Assembly: GCF_001194135.2 (NCBI RefSeq) | Contig: NC_068982.1 | Coordinates: 115,323,065-115,387,064, forward strand | Source of the DNA: Octopus bimaculoides | Taxonomy: Eukaryota | DNA length: 64,000 bases | Direction of reading: 5' to 3' | Shown: positions 25,601-39,700 of the stretch, in pieces | Layout of the letters: each line of letters opens with the position of its first letter | How positions within the stretch are numbered: position 1 is the stretch's first letter | Translations under genes and position numbers: made by a program | The notes under the pieces: generated by a model | The model's input: the letters and a program-made list of their open reading frames with translations, nothing else | Told to the model about the DNA's origin: nothing | Database searches by the model: none

Positions 25601-27757
25601 AGGTTTCTTTCAGATTCCATTTACCAAATCTACTCACAACATTTTGGTCTGGACAATAAAAGATACTTGTCCAAGAGAAACAAGCTTTTTAACCATGTAC
25701 CCACACCTGTGCCTATATGTACATGTGATCACTACTTGACAGCTGGTGTTGGGTTATGTCACTGTAGCTTGGTTCAACAAAAGAGACTGATAGAATAAGT
25801 ACCAGACTTGAGTAAGTATTTGGGTTGATGTTTGACTAAACCCTTTAAGGCAGTGGCCTGGCATGGCCACAGTCTAGTGATTGAAACACAAAAGATTGAC
25901 TAGTGAAAATATGAAAATTAAATTATTAGAGTATAAGTATACTGATTAGTAGACCAACAAACTAAAGGTCATTTGAAGCAGCATGTAGCAGACTATAATC
26001 CTCATCTAAGTTCATGTTATATGCTAACGTATAGGACTGTATTGTACTCCAGTGTCTCATCTGGTGCGGCTCCCATGGCCAGATGCTCTAACATTAGCCA
26101 ATTTACAGTCTGTATTGATTTAATTTTTTCATGCCACCAACACTATGAAACTCAAAGGAGAAGCTTTAGGCTACATGAGAGAAGAGGCCAGACCAAATCA
26201 GTTATCTTACATGAAAATTTACATTTAAGAAGAAAGTGTAGGAGAGATTGGGGGAGGGGCATACAATAAAAATGGAGTGATGAGGTGTAAAAGTGGAATG
26301 TCAAGGTACAAACTGGGTGGAAATGAATGGGACAGAGATGCCATAAGTGTTGAGTAGGTGGAGATTGCATGAGTATGGGGAATGGGTGAGGGAAGAGGAG
26401 GTACACAATACACAATGAAAAATCAATGTTGGTGAAGAGTAGATCATTAATGGATGAAAGAGGTAAAACAAGCAAAATGGCTGTAGGTAGTAAAGATAGA
26501 CAGTATAAAAGAATTGAAATAGTGTATGCAGCATAAATGCAAGGTTGTCAAGGAGGAAAGGGCCCAGTCTGCATGCACACACTGCTACCAGAGCTCAGTT
26601 TTGCCAAAGAGAACCACATATTGTCATTCCTCCAAGTCCTTTTCATCTACTCTGTTCAAATGAAGCCAGAAACCTTTCAATAACTTTCTTTGTATAAAGC
26701 ACTACGTACAAGGTCACGAAGCCTTACAAATGTAAGGTGTGGGAATCCTTCAAGAAAAAATTTACACCNNNNNNNNNNTTCTTGGAAACTTCAAGTGGCA
26801 ACTCTTATTTGAAGTACACATTGCCAACAGTTATATCTTTAATGGGATAAAATTTTAAAAATCATTTAAAGCCTTACATTTGCATTCCCTAGTATTTCAT
26901 TGATCATATTTGCAGCCTGTTGAACTTTATCCGGAGGACCCATTATAGTCAGTAACCTCTCAGGAGATGCACCATCATCTACAGAAATTTAAAAAATGTT
27001 TATACAATAAGGTTATTATCTGTTGCTTTCAAAGAACTGTGCTAGTATATTCAAAGTAAGCAACATATTCAGTTTTAACAGTACTTTTGGATATAGATAG
27101 TAAAATAACATTATATATTCTATTTATAAGATTTGTACTGTAATGTTTATCAGTTAAAATGAGAGCTAGCCTGATGCTTTCTACAGAAAAATAAGCATTC
27201 AGCAACTTTCAATGGACACAACTATTGCACCTTTTAATAGTATATGATCACTGTTACATAATCAACCAAAACAAGGATGGAGAGGGAGGGACTACATTAC
27301 ATAATTACCATCTCTAACCAGGCCCACCCATTGAACATCAACTATTAAGATATCATAGGTCTCAGTGAAAGCCATGTGCACACACCTTTGGCCTAAAATG
27401 AACCATAAATGTGTAACCAAAGCATGAATTTAAATAGTAAACTAATTTTTAGACTACAAAAAAAAAAGCGAAAACATACCTGCTTTAAATTGCAATCGCA
27501 CACCAGTCTCATTTTGTACACGTTTTATAGTCTCCCCACCCTTTCCTATCACAATACCCACAGCAGGTCTTGGAACAGGAAACTAGGAGGGAAAAAGAAA
27601 AGAGAGAGAAAAAAAAAAAGAAAATCAGCATAAACATTTTACTAACAGAAATTCATCTAAACTCGTAATCTCCATTTACCAGCTTCATCCGTTGGAATGA
27701 GGCTATACCGTCAAGGGTTTACTTGATCATATCAACCCAATACTTATTTCAATCTTG

Positions 27758-27799
<42 letters not shown>

Positions 27800-30700
27800 A
27801 AAATAAAAGTTGATAAAATTACTTTCGGAAAAGTGTTGTTATTATCTTTCCACATTAACACAAATTCTGTCACATATATCGTAATATATGGCACAAAATA
27901 AATCCTATTAAAACAGACTAGATGATTATTGGGTGAGTAGTAATAGAAATTCTGAAAGAGTAACTTTTAAAAGATTTTGGTCATATTGCAATATTTGAAG
28001 ATCAATACAAACCAAAATATATAGAAATTCCAATATGGAATATCAGATGTTATCTCATTGTTAGTGAAATAATTATTGGAAGTTTAACAACTATCTACTA
28101 TGTCTTGCATATATTTTACATGTAAACCTGTGAAATATATTATGGATATATTGATTTGATTGGCACTGCTAAAATGCATGTGGGGTTAATGAACTCTAAG
28201 TAAAAAAAAAAATTTTTTTAAACTTTACCTCAATCATTTAAATAATGTGCAGGAAGTTAATGAATTTATGCAGAATTACCATCATTCCCATTCAGGACAA
28301 AAATGACTAACAAACAGAAGAGTTGAAAAGATAGCCCAAAGTAATGTTGCATGTGCACGCATGTTATTATTTAACATTCACTTTCCATGCTGGCATGGGC
28401 TAGACAGGATCTGGTAGGTTGGAGAGTACATCAGGTTCTGATTTGATTTGGCATGGTTTCTACGGGTGGATACCTTTCCTAACACCAGCCACTTTGAGAG
28501 TGTAATGGGTGCACATGACACCAGCAACAGCCAAGCCACAAATATGATTTCACAGGTGCCATTCACATGACACTGGCAACAATGATGACTTCACTTGACT
28601 TGACAAGTCTTCTCATATATATATATATATATATAATTGAGAATATGTGTGTATGTGTACATCACTAAAACTTGATAACTACCCAGCTGATTTCATTCAA
28701 TTTTTCACATGCCTTACTTAGGGTCCAGGCAGTGTCATGGCTCCCCAAAATTTCCAACTTCTTGCTTAATGCGAGCCAGAGCAATCTCTTATCTCTTACA
28801 CTATTTCAGTATTACATGTCAAAAGTGAAATAATATCTATTGTAATGTGAGATAATACTTTCAGTTTTAATAGTGAAACTTAAGACTTTCAATATGTATA
28901 TAATATATACAGAATGAAACTATCAATACTGACACTATTATATCACATATATACATATCTGTGTATTTTCTGCCTGACTTGCATGTACCAGGCGGCCTGG
29001 ATCTCTGGAAAGAGTGGAAATTAGGAATGATAATTCCAATTCACAAAAATGGAAACAAGAGAGATTGCTATAATCATAGAGAAATCTACTTCTTAAGCCA
29101 CCGTGGTAAAGTCTATATTGGGTGTATGGCAAAGAGATGTAGGCATGTTGTCAGGTCCAAGCTAGCTGACACTGTGGTTTTCACTGACACAGCACAGCCA
29201 ACCAAATAGGCATACAGTGTAGATGTTTGAGAAATCATCAAGGTATGGCCAAGAGGTTTATGTTTGTTTCGTAGACCTTAAAATTATATACAACTGTGTT
29301 TCACGGAACTTGTGGTAAGTTCTGCAGGAGTATGATAGATGAAGTGGTTTTTTGTTGCTTTTGAAGTCCCTATACAAATGGTCTAGTATTTGTGTTTAGA
29401 TTAAATAAGTCAAAGCTATTCAATGTGGGTGTGAGACTGCCAAGAGTGCATAATGTCATTTCTATTCATAATCATGAAGAGGATTGACATGCACAGCCAG
29501 GATAGAAGTGCTATCAAGACCAGTGGGTGTGGGATCTGTTGGATAGAATTTGCAAATGACATTGTACCTCTTGACTCATCAAGAGATGATCTGTGATGTG
29601 CACTTGATAGGTTTGCTGTCAAGAGCTGCTTGGCAAAAGACAGACACATATCCTCTAAAAGAAGCCTGCACAATGCGCTCTACATGCGAGTTCCAGTGTA
29701 GCAGGTGGGGAAGCTCAAGTATTTTGGGGCTGTTTTCACCAATGATGGAAGGCAGGAGCTGATGCAGTAATATACCAGCTTCAGCATTTGGTCAGAAGAA
29801 AAGGAGATGTAGGTGTAGTCTACTCTTACATATGGTCAATGAATATTGGGTAATGACTGAAAAAAATACATCTGTGATATAAGAGATGGAGATCCTTCAA
29901 AGGGGTTTTGGAGTAATGTTACTTCATAGAGTGCATAGCCCAGAGGTCACAGAAATGTTCCAAGTAGAGCTGTTACTTCTCTGAACTGAGATTTCACAGT
30001 TCGTATACTATAGATGTGTGATAAGCATGCCCCAGGAAAGAATTACAGAATGCTTTACAACTACCAAGGAATTCACTGAGTAAACTCCATGTGTGTGCGT
30101 ACACACACAATCTCTCAGTGAGAAAAGTGGGGAAACCGACCCATGTAAAATTTATTTAAAGCATAAAACTGTATAAGATTTCTTTTAAATAGAAAAAGCA
30201 CTTTTGTGTAGACAGGCAAAAACAATTCTTTTTATATGCAAATCTGTGAAATATAAGGAGTTTTCTTTTTCACATGTTAAATTCATGCTTTCATTACAAG
30301 TGAGAGCACTTGTGCATGTGTGTTTTTGTTGGAAGCATCACTTTGAATACTTTTTCTAATGGAAATTGTTCATCTTCCTGCTGTACAAGCAACTTACCTA
30401 GGAAAGAAGTAATTCCAAATAAAAACCAAAACAGAATAGAAAGGTATCATTAGACTAAAAGCAATGAGGGGAGATGCATAGAAATGTTAAAGGACTAGGA
30501 AAAGTGGCAATACACTGTGAGGTCCATCCAGCCAAATGTTAGCAGAGAAAAGTGGGAGTAAAATAAGAATTTTCAACCTCACTACATTAAACATGTATAA
30601 GATGCTTATGAAGATTTTAATTTATTTTATTTTTGACATACTAGTCATCTGCATATTTATTGCTTGCAGAGTTTTAAACAAGAAAATAGAAACTCGAGTG

Positions 30701-33700
30701 AATACAAAACTACTTACGTCCATTCCACTGCCACCTGAAGCAGCTGCTCTAACACCACCTCCACCACCGCCGCCACCCCCACCATTATTATTGCCAACAG
30801 AAGAACCATATTCATTTGTCTACAGTAAAAATAGAAATAACACTTAATATGAGACAAATACCATGCGAATTAGTGAATCAAGAGGTTTAAAATTAAGAGT
30901 TTGTTAAAATTTGTTATTTACTACACTTAGCAAATTTTTATTGAAAATCTTTTATCAACCTGTTCACTTAACCTCATCAAAATTATTTATGCACCTGATT
31001 ATAAAACAATCATGCACTTGAATGGTTGATATAATAGCTATATCAACCATTACATGTATATAATCATCATTGGAAATGTGCTGTGCGTGAGAAGACCCGG
31101 CAAGCCAAGTAAGATCGTTGCCAGTGCCCCTGGACTGGCTCTTGTGCGGGTGGCACATGAGATGCACCATTTTAAGCGTGGCCGTTGCCAGTACCGCCTG
31201 ACTGGCTCCCGTAGGATTTTCGAGTGAGATCGTTGCCAGTGCCCCTGGACTGGCTTGTGCAGGTGGCACATAAAAGACACCATTTCGAGCGTGGCCGTTT
31301 TCGTGCGGGTGACAAGTAAAAGCACCCACTACACTCTCTGAGTGGTTCGCGTTAGGAAGGGCATCCAGCTGTAGAAACTCTGCCAAATTAGATTGGAGCC
31401 TGGTGTTGCCATCCGGTTTCACCAGTCCTCAGTCAAATCGTTCAACCCATGCTAGCATGGAAAGCGGACGTTAAACGATGATGATGATATTTATATTACT
31501 GCAGCATGAAAGGTGTTTATAAGCCATTTAAGAAACACAAAAAACATTAGATTCACTTCAACATTTAAATTTAATTTGCCAAAATATTTTCGTCGCTTTG
31601 AGACCATGACCTGTTCACTGACAAAATTCCGTGCTGCATCTCTTATATCACAGAATTTTGTCAGTGAACAGGTCACAGTCTCAAAGCGACGAAAATATTT
31701 TGGCAAGTTAAATTTAAATGTATAAGGGAATCTAACAGTTTTTGTGTGTTTCTTAAATGGCTTATAAACACCTTCCACGCTGCAATTGTTTTCGTTCTAG
31801 CATACGATCTCAGATCAGGTCGCTTGCTATGCAAGTACATCTCTGTAATACTTATATTATTTTAGACAGAAAAAAAACATACAGCTAAATAAGATGTAAT
31901 TGATATTTAAGAATGATCACTGTAAGAGTGAGTCAGATATGAAATAAAATTTATAACTTACCATTGTACCATCTTTGTCTGCTAACAATTGCATAACCAT
32001 ATCCCTGGCTCTCTAAAATATACAAAAATCCAAGTTAGAAATACAACCAAAAGTAAAGTAAACATCATCTTTCTTTGCATTAATTGCAATTCAGACAACT
32101 TACCCCACATCTTGAAGGCTCTCCAGTGATACGTAATGGCTTGTCGTGTGCACTGGGTAGACTACTGTCCTGAATCATCACCATTTTCACATTAGCCTGG
32201 TCCTGTAACAAGAAATTACGAGAAATATTAACTATTAAGATTTCGAAATTAAAATACAAATTTATATATTTTGCACATTTATGTGAAATGTTTTCATTTC
32301 ACTAACCTGTTAGTAAAACTGACAAGCATAAACCCTTGCATTACCAACCTGGTTGGATATCTTGGGTAATCTGCTTGAAAATGGCCAACCAAAATATCCT
32401 AGTCATTTATTTCAGTGCAAATCTCTTTAGTACATTTGTGAAAGTTACGAATTCTTGGAGAATTTTTTTTTCCCACATTGATTTTCCTAAGTGTTTCCTT
32501 ACAGATGCCAAGTGGATATCAGATTTATGATGTCAAACAGCTGAGGCTGAATTCAAAGTATTTTTGAATAATAATAATAAAAAAAAAAACAAAAAGGGAA
32601 ATATCTAAGAAAATATATGGCAAACATGAAAACCAAACGTGTGATTATGAATCAGACATTTCTTTTTCTGAAAATGAAACTATCTTAACAGTTTGGATAG
32701 TGATAATAAAAGGGGGGGAAGAAAAAAAAAAAAAACAATCAGAAATTTATGCCTGCACATAATAAAAATTTAATAACTGCTTATCTTAGTTATTTTTAAG
32801 GAAGATATTAGACCTAGTGACAGTCTTTCCAAGGAAACAAAACCATTGGATTTTTTAAATTTATTTTTTCCATTGAAGTGGCTGATTTACAAATATTTTA
32901 TTTCAAATTTAATGTGGTTTGCATTAGGAAGGGCATCCAGCTGTAGAAACCAAGCCAAATCAGATTGGAACATGGTGCAGCTCTCAAATTGTTCAACCCA
33001 TGCCAACATGAAAAACAGACATTAAAGGATGATGATGTGTGTGACAGATTTTGATTTTGAATCATTATATGTTAAAGGATGATGATGAGGTGTGTGTGTG
33101 TGACAAATTTTGATTAATTTCGATTGTGAATCATTATATGTGTTTCTGTGTATTTATATATGCGAGTGAGTTTATTTCATTTCCTAGTTTTCTTCAAAGA
33201 CAAGTTCCAATATTTTGTTTTAACTTTATGATACACATTGTCTTCTATGCATTAAGCTCATCTGATACATGATCAAGTAATTTCCACAATTCTTCTCTAT
33301 AAAAATTTGGTTGCATACCCATTGAGTATTAAATAATTCATTTTTTATGCTGATGTATAAATAAAAATTTTTCTTTTTCCTTTTACCTATAATTAGATTT
33401 GCTTTAAGACAAAAATTGTGCAACTGAATTAGCTAAGAACCTTTTGTTAAATTGGGTTCCAAAAATCACATTAATATCTTATCTTTTATTGGTTTCACTC
33501 ATTTGACTGCAGTCATACTGGGGTACTGCCTATGAGGGCTTTAGTCAAACAAATCAACCCTAACTCTTATTTAAGCCTGGTACTTATCCTATCAGTCTCT
33601 TGCCGAACTGCTAAGTAATGGGGACATAAACTAACACCAGTTTTCAAGAGGTGATGGTGGACAAAGACACAAGCACAGAGATATATACATATATGACAGG

Positions 33701-36700
33701 GTTCTTTCAGTTTCCATCTACCAAATCTGCTCAACGCTTTGATCAGCTGTAGTAGAAGAAACTTGTTCAAGGTGCCATGCAGTGGGACTGAACATGGAGT
33801 CAGGTTTGGGGAGAAAGCTTCTTACCACACAGCCAAGCCAGCACCTATATAATATGTTGATAAATAAGAAAGCCTTGATTTATGAAACCAGTCTAAAATC
33901 ATAAATATTTTAAAATTAAATTGAAATACCATAAGTAGTGTATTTTGGTTAGAAATATAGTAACGAAAAGGTTAAAGAGATAGTATTATTACTTAGAAAT
34001 ATACTATACATAACCATGCGTACTCAACAAATGCCATAATTCTTAGATATCTAGATTGATAAAATGTAGAAAGTTTCCAACTAAGAATGAAAATTGGATT
34101 TGACATTCCATTTGTAGGTATGCACATCAGTAGTAAAGTAGAATTTTTGCTATAAATACAAGAGAATGCTACTTAACTAGTAATCAAAATCAACCATAAC
34201 CCAGTTGATATCATTTATGCACTAATTTTTAAAAAACAAATTACTTACTTGTAATTGGCGTATTGTTTCACCACCTTTGCCGATGATTAAGCCAACTTTA
34301 TTGCCTGGAATCAGCATTTCAATAACATTTTGACCTTCAGGGACAGTAGTCTGATCTAAAGGCAGTGTTGCACTCTGTGCTTTGTCAACTATTTTTTGCA
34401 TTTGCTGTTTACAGGCACTAAATAGAAACACAGAATAAGGTGATTAAATATGCATCAAACTATTAATTATAAGAATAAATTTTAATACATTTCATGTAAG
34501 TTGTTTTTGTATGCTATATTTCAGATAGTTGCATTAGGTCAACACCTAACTATTGTGGAGTATAAGACTATTTCTGAATTCTTAGTGATATTGTTTTCTC
34601 CTTATACAACATTTACACATTAACCAAATGTATATTCTACAAATGGACTTAACAGCATATGAAAAGTTTTCTGGCCTATGTCACATGAGAGAGATGTACA
34701 GCTTACAAACTGGAGAAGCAGACCATCTAGAATAGCAATCGTCATACTCCTTTTAATGATAGTGTTAGACAATTTGGTCTGATCTAACAGGTCTGAGGAC
34801 TATATTGTGTTCCAGTATCTGCTTTAGTAAAGCTTCTATGGCTGGATGCTCTTCTTAATGCCAACCATTTGACAATGTACTAAGTGTTTTTTTTCAGGCC
34901 ACCAGCACTAGTGAGACCATCATGCAGCTTGTAAAACTGAGATCCCCTCTAAGTGAATAACTGAATACAAACTCAGAGTACATGATAATCTGAGCATCCA
35001 GTCAATGGTGTACAAAGGTTGGTTATTAGGAGGACAGTCACAAATTCAGTGCAACAACCAAAATTACCTTAAAGCAACCGGATTTTAAGGCTACCACTCA
35101 TGTTGACATGTACATGTGTGCTGAGTACAAAGGAGATGGATGAGACAATGAAGACTCTTCCCATGGCTGGTTAAAATGAATGGAATATGTTTAGTAGGGA
35201 TACTACTAGCAGAAAAAGCAAGTATGTCAGAGTAAGTGACAAAATTAAGCTCACACTGATTCAAACTGATAACATCAATAACGATTTCTGCTCCTCTTTC
35301 AGTCATGAATTATAGATAAACTACAAATTCATTCTAACAAGTCTCTCTTACCCATCAAAAGCTATTTTATCAGTTGGTGTCTTTTCAAACAAATTGAACA
35401 AAAGAGGATAGCGACTCTGAGACGCATGGCATGAGAAATGAACCTTGATTTGCTAGTATGACAGAAAGAAAGAAAGAGACCCTTAAACACCCACGTTGAA
35501 AATGTGATATAACAATGCCATTGGTTCAAGAAATGATACTGGGATGCTGTAGCCGACAGGTAAGCAATTTTGTAAAAAGATTCACATGTTAGATGCAATT
35601 GAATACTTTTCTGATGCAGAATGCAATGATCTTATCAACAAATAACTCAATGATGTATCGTCTCTTCTGAATCAACCTCATGCCACCTACATTTGCTCCT
35701 ACCATGGATGTAAAACTATAGTATGTATGTGTATTTTGCAGAAGTAAATTAATACAAGATAAAATATATTAAGATACCTTATTGCAGCTGGTGCACCTGT
35801 CAAAGAACAGACTCTGTCTGGCAAGCCTCCACTATCTGAAAATTACAGAAATAACTATTTATAATAACACAAACTTTTCTTGACTTATTAAGATAGAGTG
35901 GTGCAGAGTACCGTCTTTTGATCATTTTTCTTTTTTAAAGAAAAATGCCACTTCACAAACAAATATAGCAAATGCAAAAATATTTTTCAGTTCCATGTGT
36001 AATTACATTCTTCTTTGCAAAGAATAATTTTAAAATTTGTAAGGTTTTAAAATGCTTCAGCTGGATTACTATTTTCGACTTGTGTCAGATAATACTGAAA
36101 TTTCAAAGTAAACAATCATATAACTGTCTTTCGAAAGAGGAAGATTATTCCAAGTTATTCAAGGTCTACTGACAAAATTTAGTTGACTACTAACTGAAAA
36201 TTTAAGAGTAGTCTCATACTAAAAGTGAATTGTTAATTGAAAATTAAGAAATTTTGTTAAACGTTGACAATTTTCATTCATTTTTCAATAAAATTAATTG
36301 TAAACATGTATAACATTTACCACTAAAAGAATATGTAAACTAACTTAAAAAGAATCAAAAAAATCCCTACATCATAATCATCACAATATTTGCATTAAAT
36401 ATATATATATAACATTGAATAGCATATTTGGTAAAATGGTATTAAAAACGAAGCCCTGAAAAAGAATTGCATACCATTGCACATATATTCATTAAAACAC
36501 CATTATCTAATTATCATAATCCATAAAAAAGAATAAAAATACTAATTAACTTTAATGCAGAAGCAAAACTATAAATAAATAAATAATGAACTGTTAAATG
36601 ATTTGATAATCCTAACTACAAAACTGCCAACTTGTACAGCCTTGACATGTAAGAAAAATCCGGAAGTTTGTTTATTAATACTATTGTCTTAACAAATTGA

Positions 36701-39700
36701 CTGCAATTTGATAACCATAAAATTGGCTTCAATTCACTTATTTGATTTTCTATAACAATTTTGTCAAAGAACATCTAATCTATTCTGTATTTCCTTGCCT
36801 TGTTCAGAAGCATCAACAGCACCACTGATATTTTTAGGGACAGGGACAACCAACCCACTCACTTTTTTCGTAGCCATTTCAGTTAAGGTAATTGTGGAAA
36901 CAAAATTCTGTTGTCCATCTTTTCTCCTGAGAAAAATGTTTCATTTCTATGGACACCTCAATATTTCACACATCTCAGATTAGAAGCACGAGTTGTGTAA
37001 ACACATTGTATATTTTCTAATGTGAACATGTAAAAGAGTAAAGCAATTCTTGCAAATGGTTCTGCCTACCCTATATATCCAAAGAAAACTAGGCGTCTTC
37101 AACCCCCAATTTGCAAAGATAATGGCCTGAACTGCTGATGGCTTACCTATACACATTTCAGTTGCATGTAGAGGAACCACTGATTATTAACTCATCTATA
37201 TTAAATATATAATATAAAAATCTCTTTTTTCAAAACCCAGTCAAAATTTAATACTGAAGCATAACGTTGTAAACCCTAAGTCAATAGCTAGTTGCAGAAG
37301 TTTGTTACTTTAATTTGTAAATGTATTCGTGGTTTCTCTGAAATAATCTGCACACCTGAAATTCAATCGACTTGCACTCAAAATGAAGACTGAATTTTGC
37401 AAAGGTATTAATCTAAATTTTATATTTAGAAACATATTAAAAATAACAAAGATTAGGAACAAAACCCTTCAAAATCTATTTGGAATGCTGAGTAACAAGA
37501 AGATATTACTATCATAACTGAACCCCATTAGGCACACCAAGCAAGTGTAGACCCATGCAAACCTAGTTACATATTAAGAAACATGAAGAAATTTACCAAC
37601 GAAGATTAAAACAGATCTTTTAATTGAATTGCAAACCCAATAATATATTTTAACATGCAATACAAACAAGATTCCAAAATATATCTATCACATTTAGAAA
37701 ACAACATATAAAATTAGTTTGAAATTCAAAGCCTTTACTTGAAAAAAAGTCATTATTCATCAGCAGTTTAACGAACAAAATCTACATTTCCTAGACCATA
37801 AATCAAGTATTAAATTTCATATCAAACAGTACTTTATGCAGTGTGAGTTGTAGTCAGCATATGATGATCTGGTTGAATCCAAATTTACAATGTATCTTAA
37901 CCAAAGTGATTAAGTTACACAAGGAAATAATGTTAAGGATTCAATAATACTTTTCTTTTTATATGGAGATAATAGCGTAAGTTGGGAACAAGGTATTGAA
38001 TGGGTATGGCATGAATAATGTGTGTATATTATAGTAAGTGAAGAGAATTTTCATAATGTTAATCTGCTTATATTAATACCCATCCACATAACTAGCTCTA
38101 AAGATGCCACCAGCTCATGCTGAAAGCTAAGCCAGGTTTTTCAAACATAAGCAACCTAATTATACACACATCATTGCATATGATGTAATGAAGGAGTTTG
38201 TATATGGTCACTAAACATGCTGGAAACCAGTCAAATCCCTTCATAACACATACTTCTGCTCAAAAAAGGAACATATTAAAGGATGTCCCAAGTTCTCTGC
38301 ACAATGGAAAAAGATAAACCAATAATGTCTAGAAAACTTTTGATCAAGCCTAACCTGGAGCTGAACATCATTGCTTAAAACTCACTGAAAAACTTTGTGT
38401 CCTTTTTTCCTTCTATTTGAGACAGTGTTCAGGTGTTTTGAGAGATGGGGTATGATCATGCCCTTTGTGAGAACTGTGTAATTGTTCTGCATTAACTGTT
38501 TTAAATTAATGACAAGAAAATCATATGCAGAGTGGGAATCCAGAAGATTGATGACTTGGGATTGGAGGTGTGGACAGTATGGATAATGGTAAAAGGATAG
38601 GTAGACAGTATGAGGATAGGTAGACAAAATAAATTGGATGAGCCCAAGTTAAGTTAGCAGCACATGAGCAACACTAGTGGCCATTCTTTGGATGCAGTCT
38701 AGGATGTGTAGCAGTAGCACTATTCTGGGGTCTCAACTGAACTTTGTAAGGGGCTGGTAGTCATAATGGGGTCAAATATTTTCTAGATCTCAAGAGCAAG
38801 TGAAGTCTTTGCTATATTGAGGAAGAGTATTCTTCAAAAGAAATCCTCAGCTGTGATAAAGTCTGGCATTTTCGGCTACTTTAAGGGTTCTTGTTATATG
38901 CGCGTGCACACATGGAGTTAATGCTTTTTTGATGTGTAGTGATTGTGACCCTTCACTGTCAAAGAAGACAAAACTGGCATAAGGCCACAACAGAACAAGC
39001 AAGATCTCTATTCATTGAGTAAATGCAGATTTGGCATATTTGGGTTGCATGTGGATGCTGCCTAGGTGTAGAGGGTTAGTGAGGAGTGAATGATTGAGTG
39101 TTATGGAAGGTAATAGAAAGTAAAATGATAAAGCAATCCTTGAAGTATAGCAGAGCTCTATTGAAGTGCAATGGTAAGAAGCCATCGAGTCACGAGACAG
39201 GAAATAGATGGAACTGAGTACAACTGTGTTGTAAAACTTCCTTCAGCTGAATTCCACAGATGGAGAGATTTGTGAGATCAACAAAGCTGAGAGCTTTGCT
39301 AATTTTGAAGGCAGTATCAGTATTCAACTAATTTCTTGAGTGAGAGTGTGTTGGTTATAACTTGCTTTACAAAAGCCATACTAGGGCATTAAGGAGGGAG
39401 AGATGTTGAAGAAAATTGCCAACATGTACAGCCTTGACATGTAAGAAAAATCCTGAAGTTTGTTCATTAATGCTCCTGTCTTAATAACATGATGGCGCAA
39501 TTTGAAGACCATAAAACTGGCTGTAAATTTACTCTTGATTTTCCACAACAATTTCTTCAAAGAACATCTAATCTATTCTGTATTTCTTTGCCTTGTTCAG
39601 AAGCATCAGCAGCACCACTGATATTTGTAGGGGCAGGAGCAACCAACCCACTCACTTTTTTTCCCCGAGTCATTGAAAAAAATTGTTTGGCAGTGAAATA

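Noticed and set aside
26719-26727. Second copy of the intronic donor 9-mer gtaaggctt ~150 nt downstream of the KH3-end donor
   Set aside because: Poor exonic context (TTT|), a 9-mer match is plausible by chance, and an assembly gap lies between the two
31491-31778. Near-identical ORFs on both strands
   Set aside because: Artefact of the fold-back element's inverted arms
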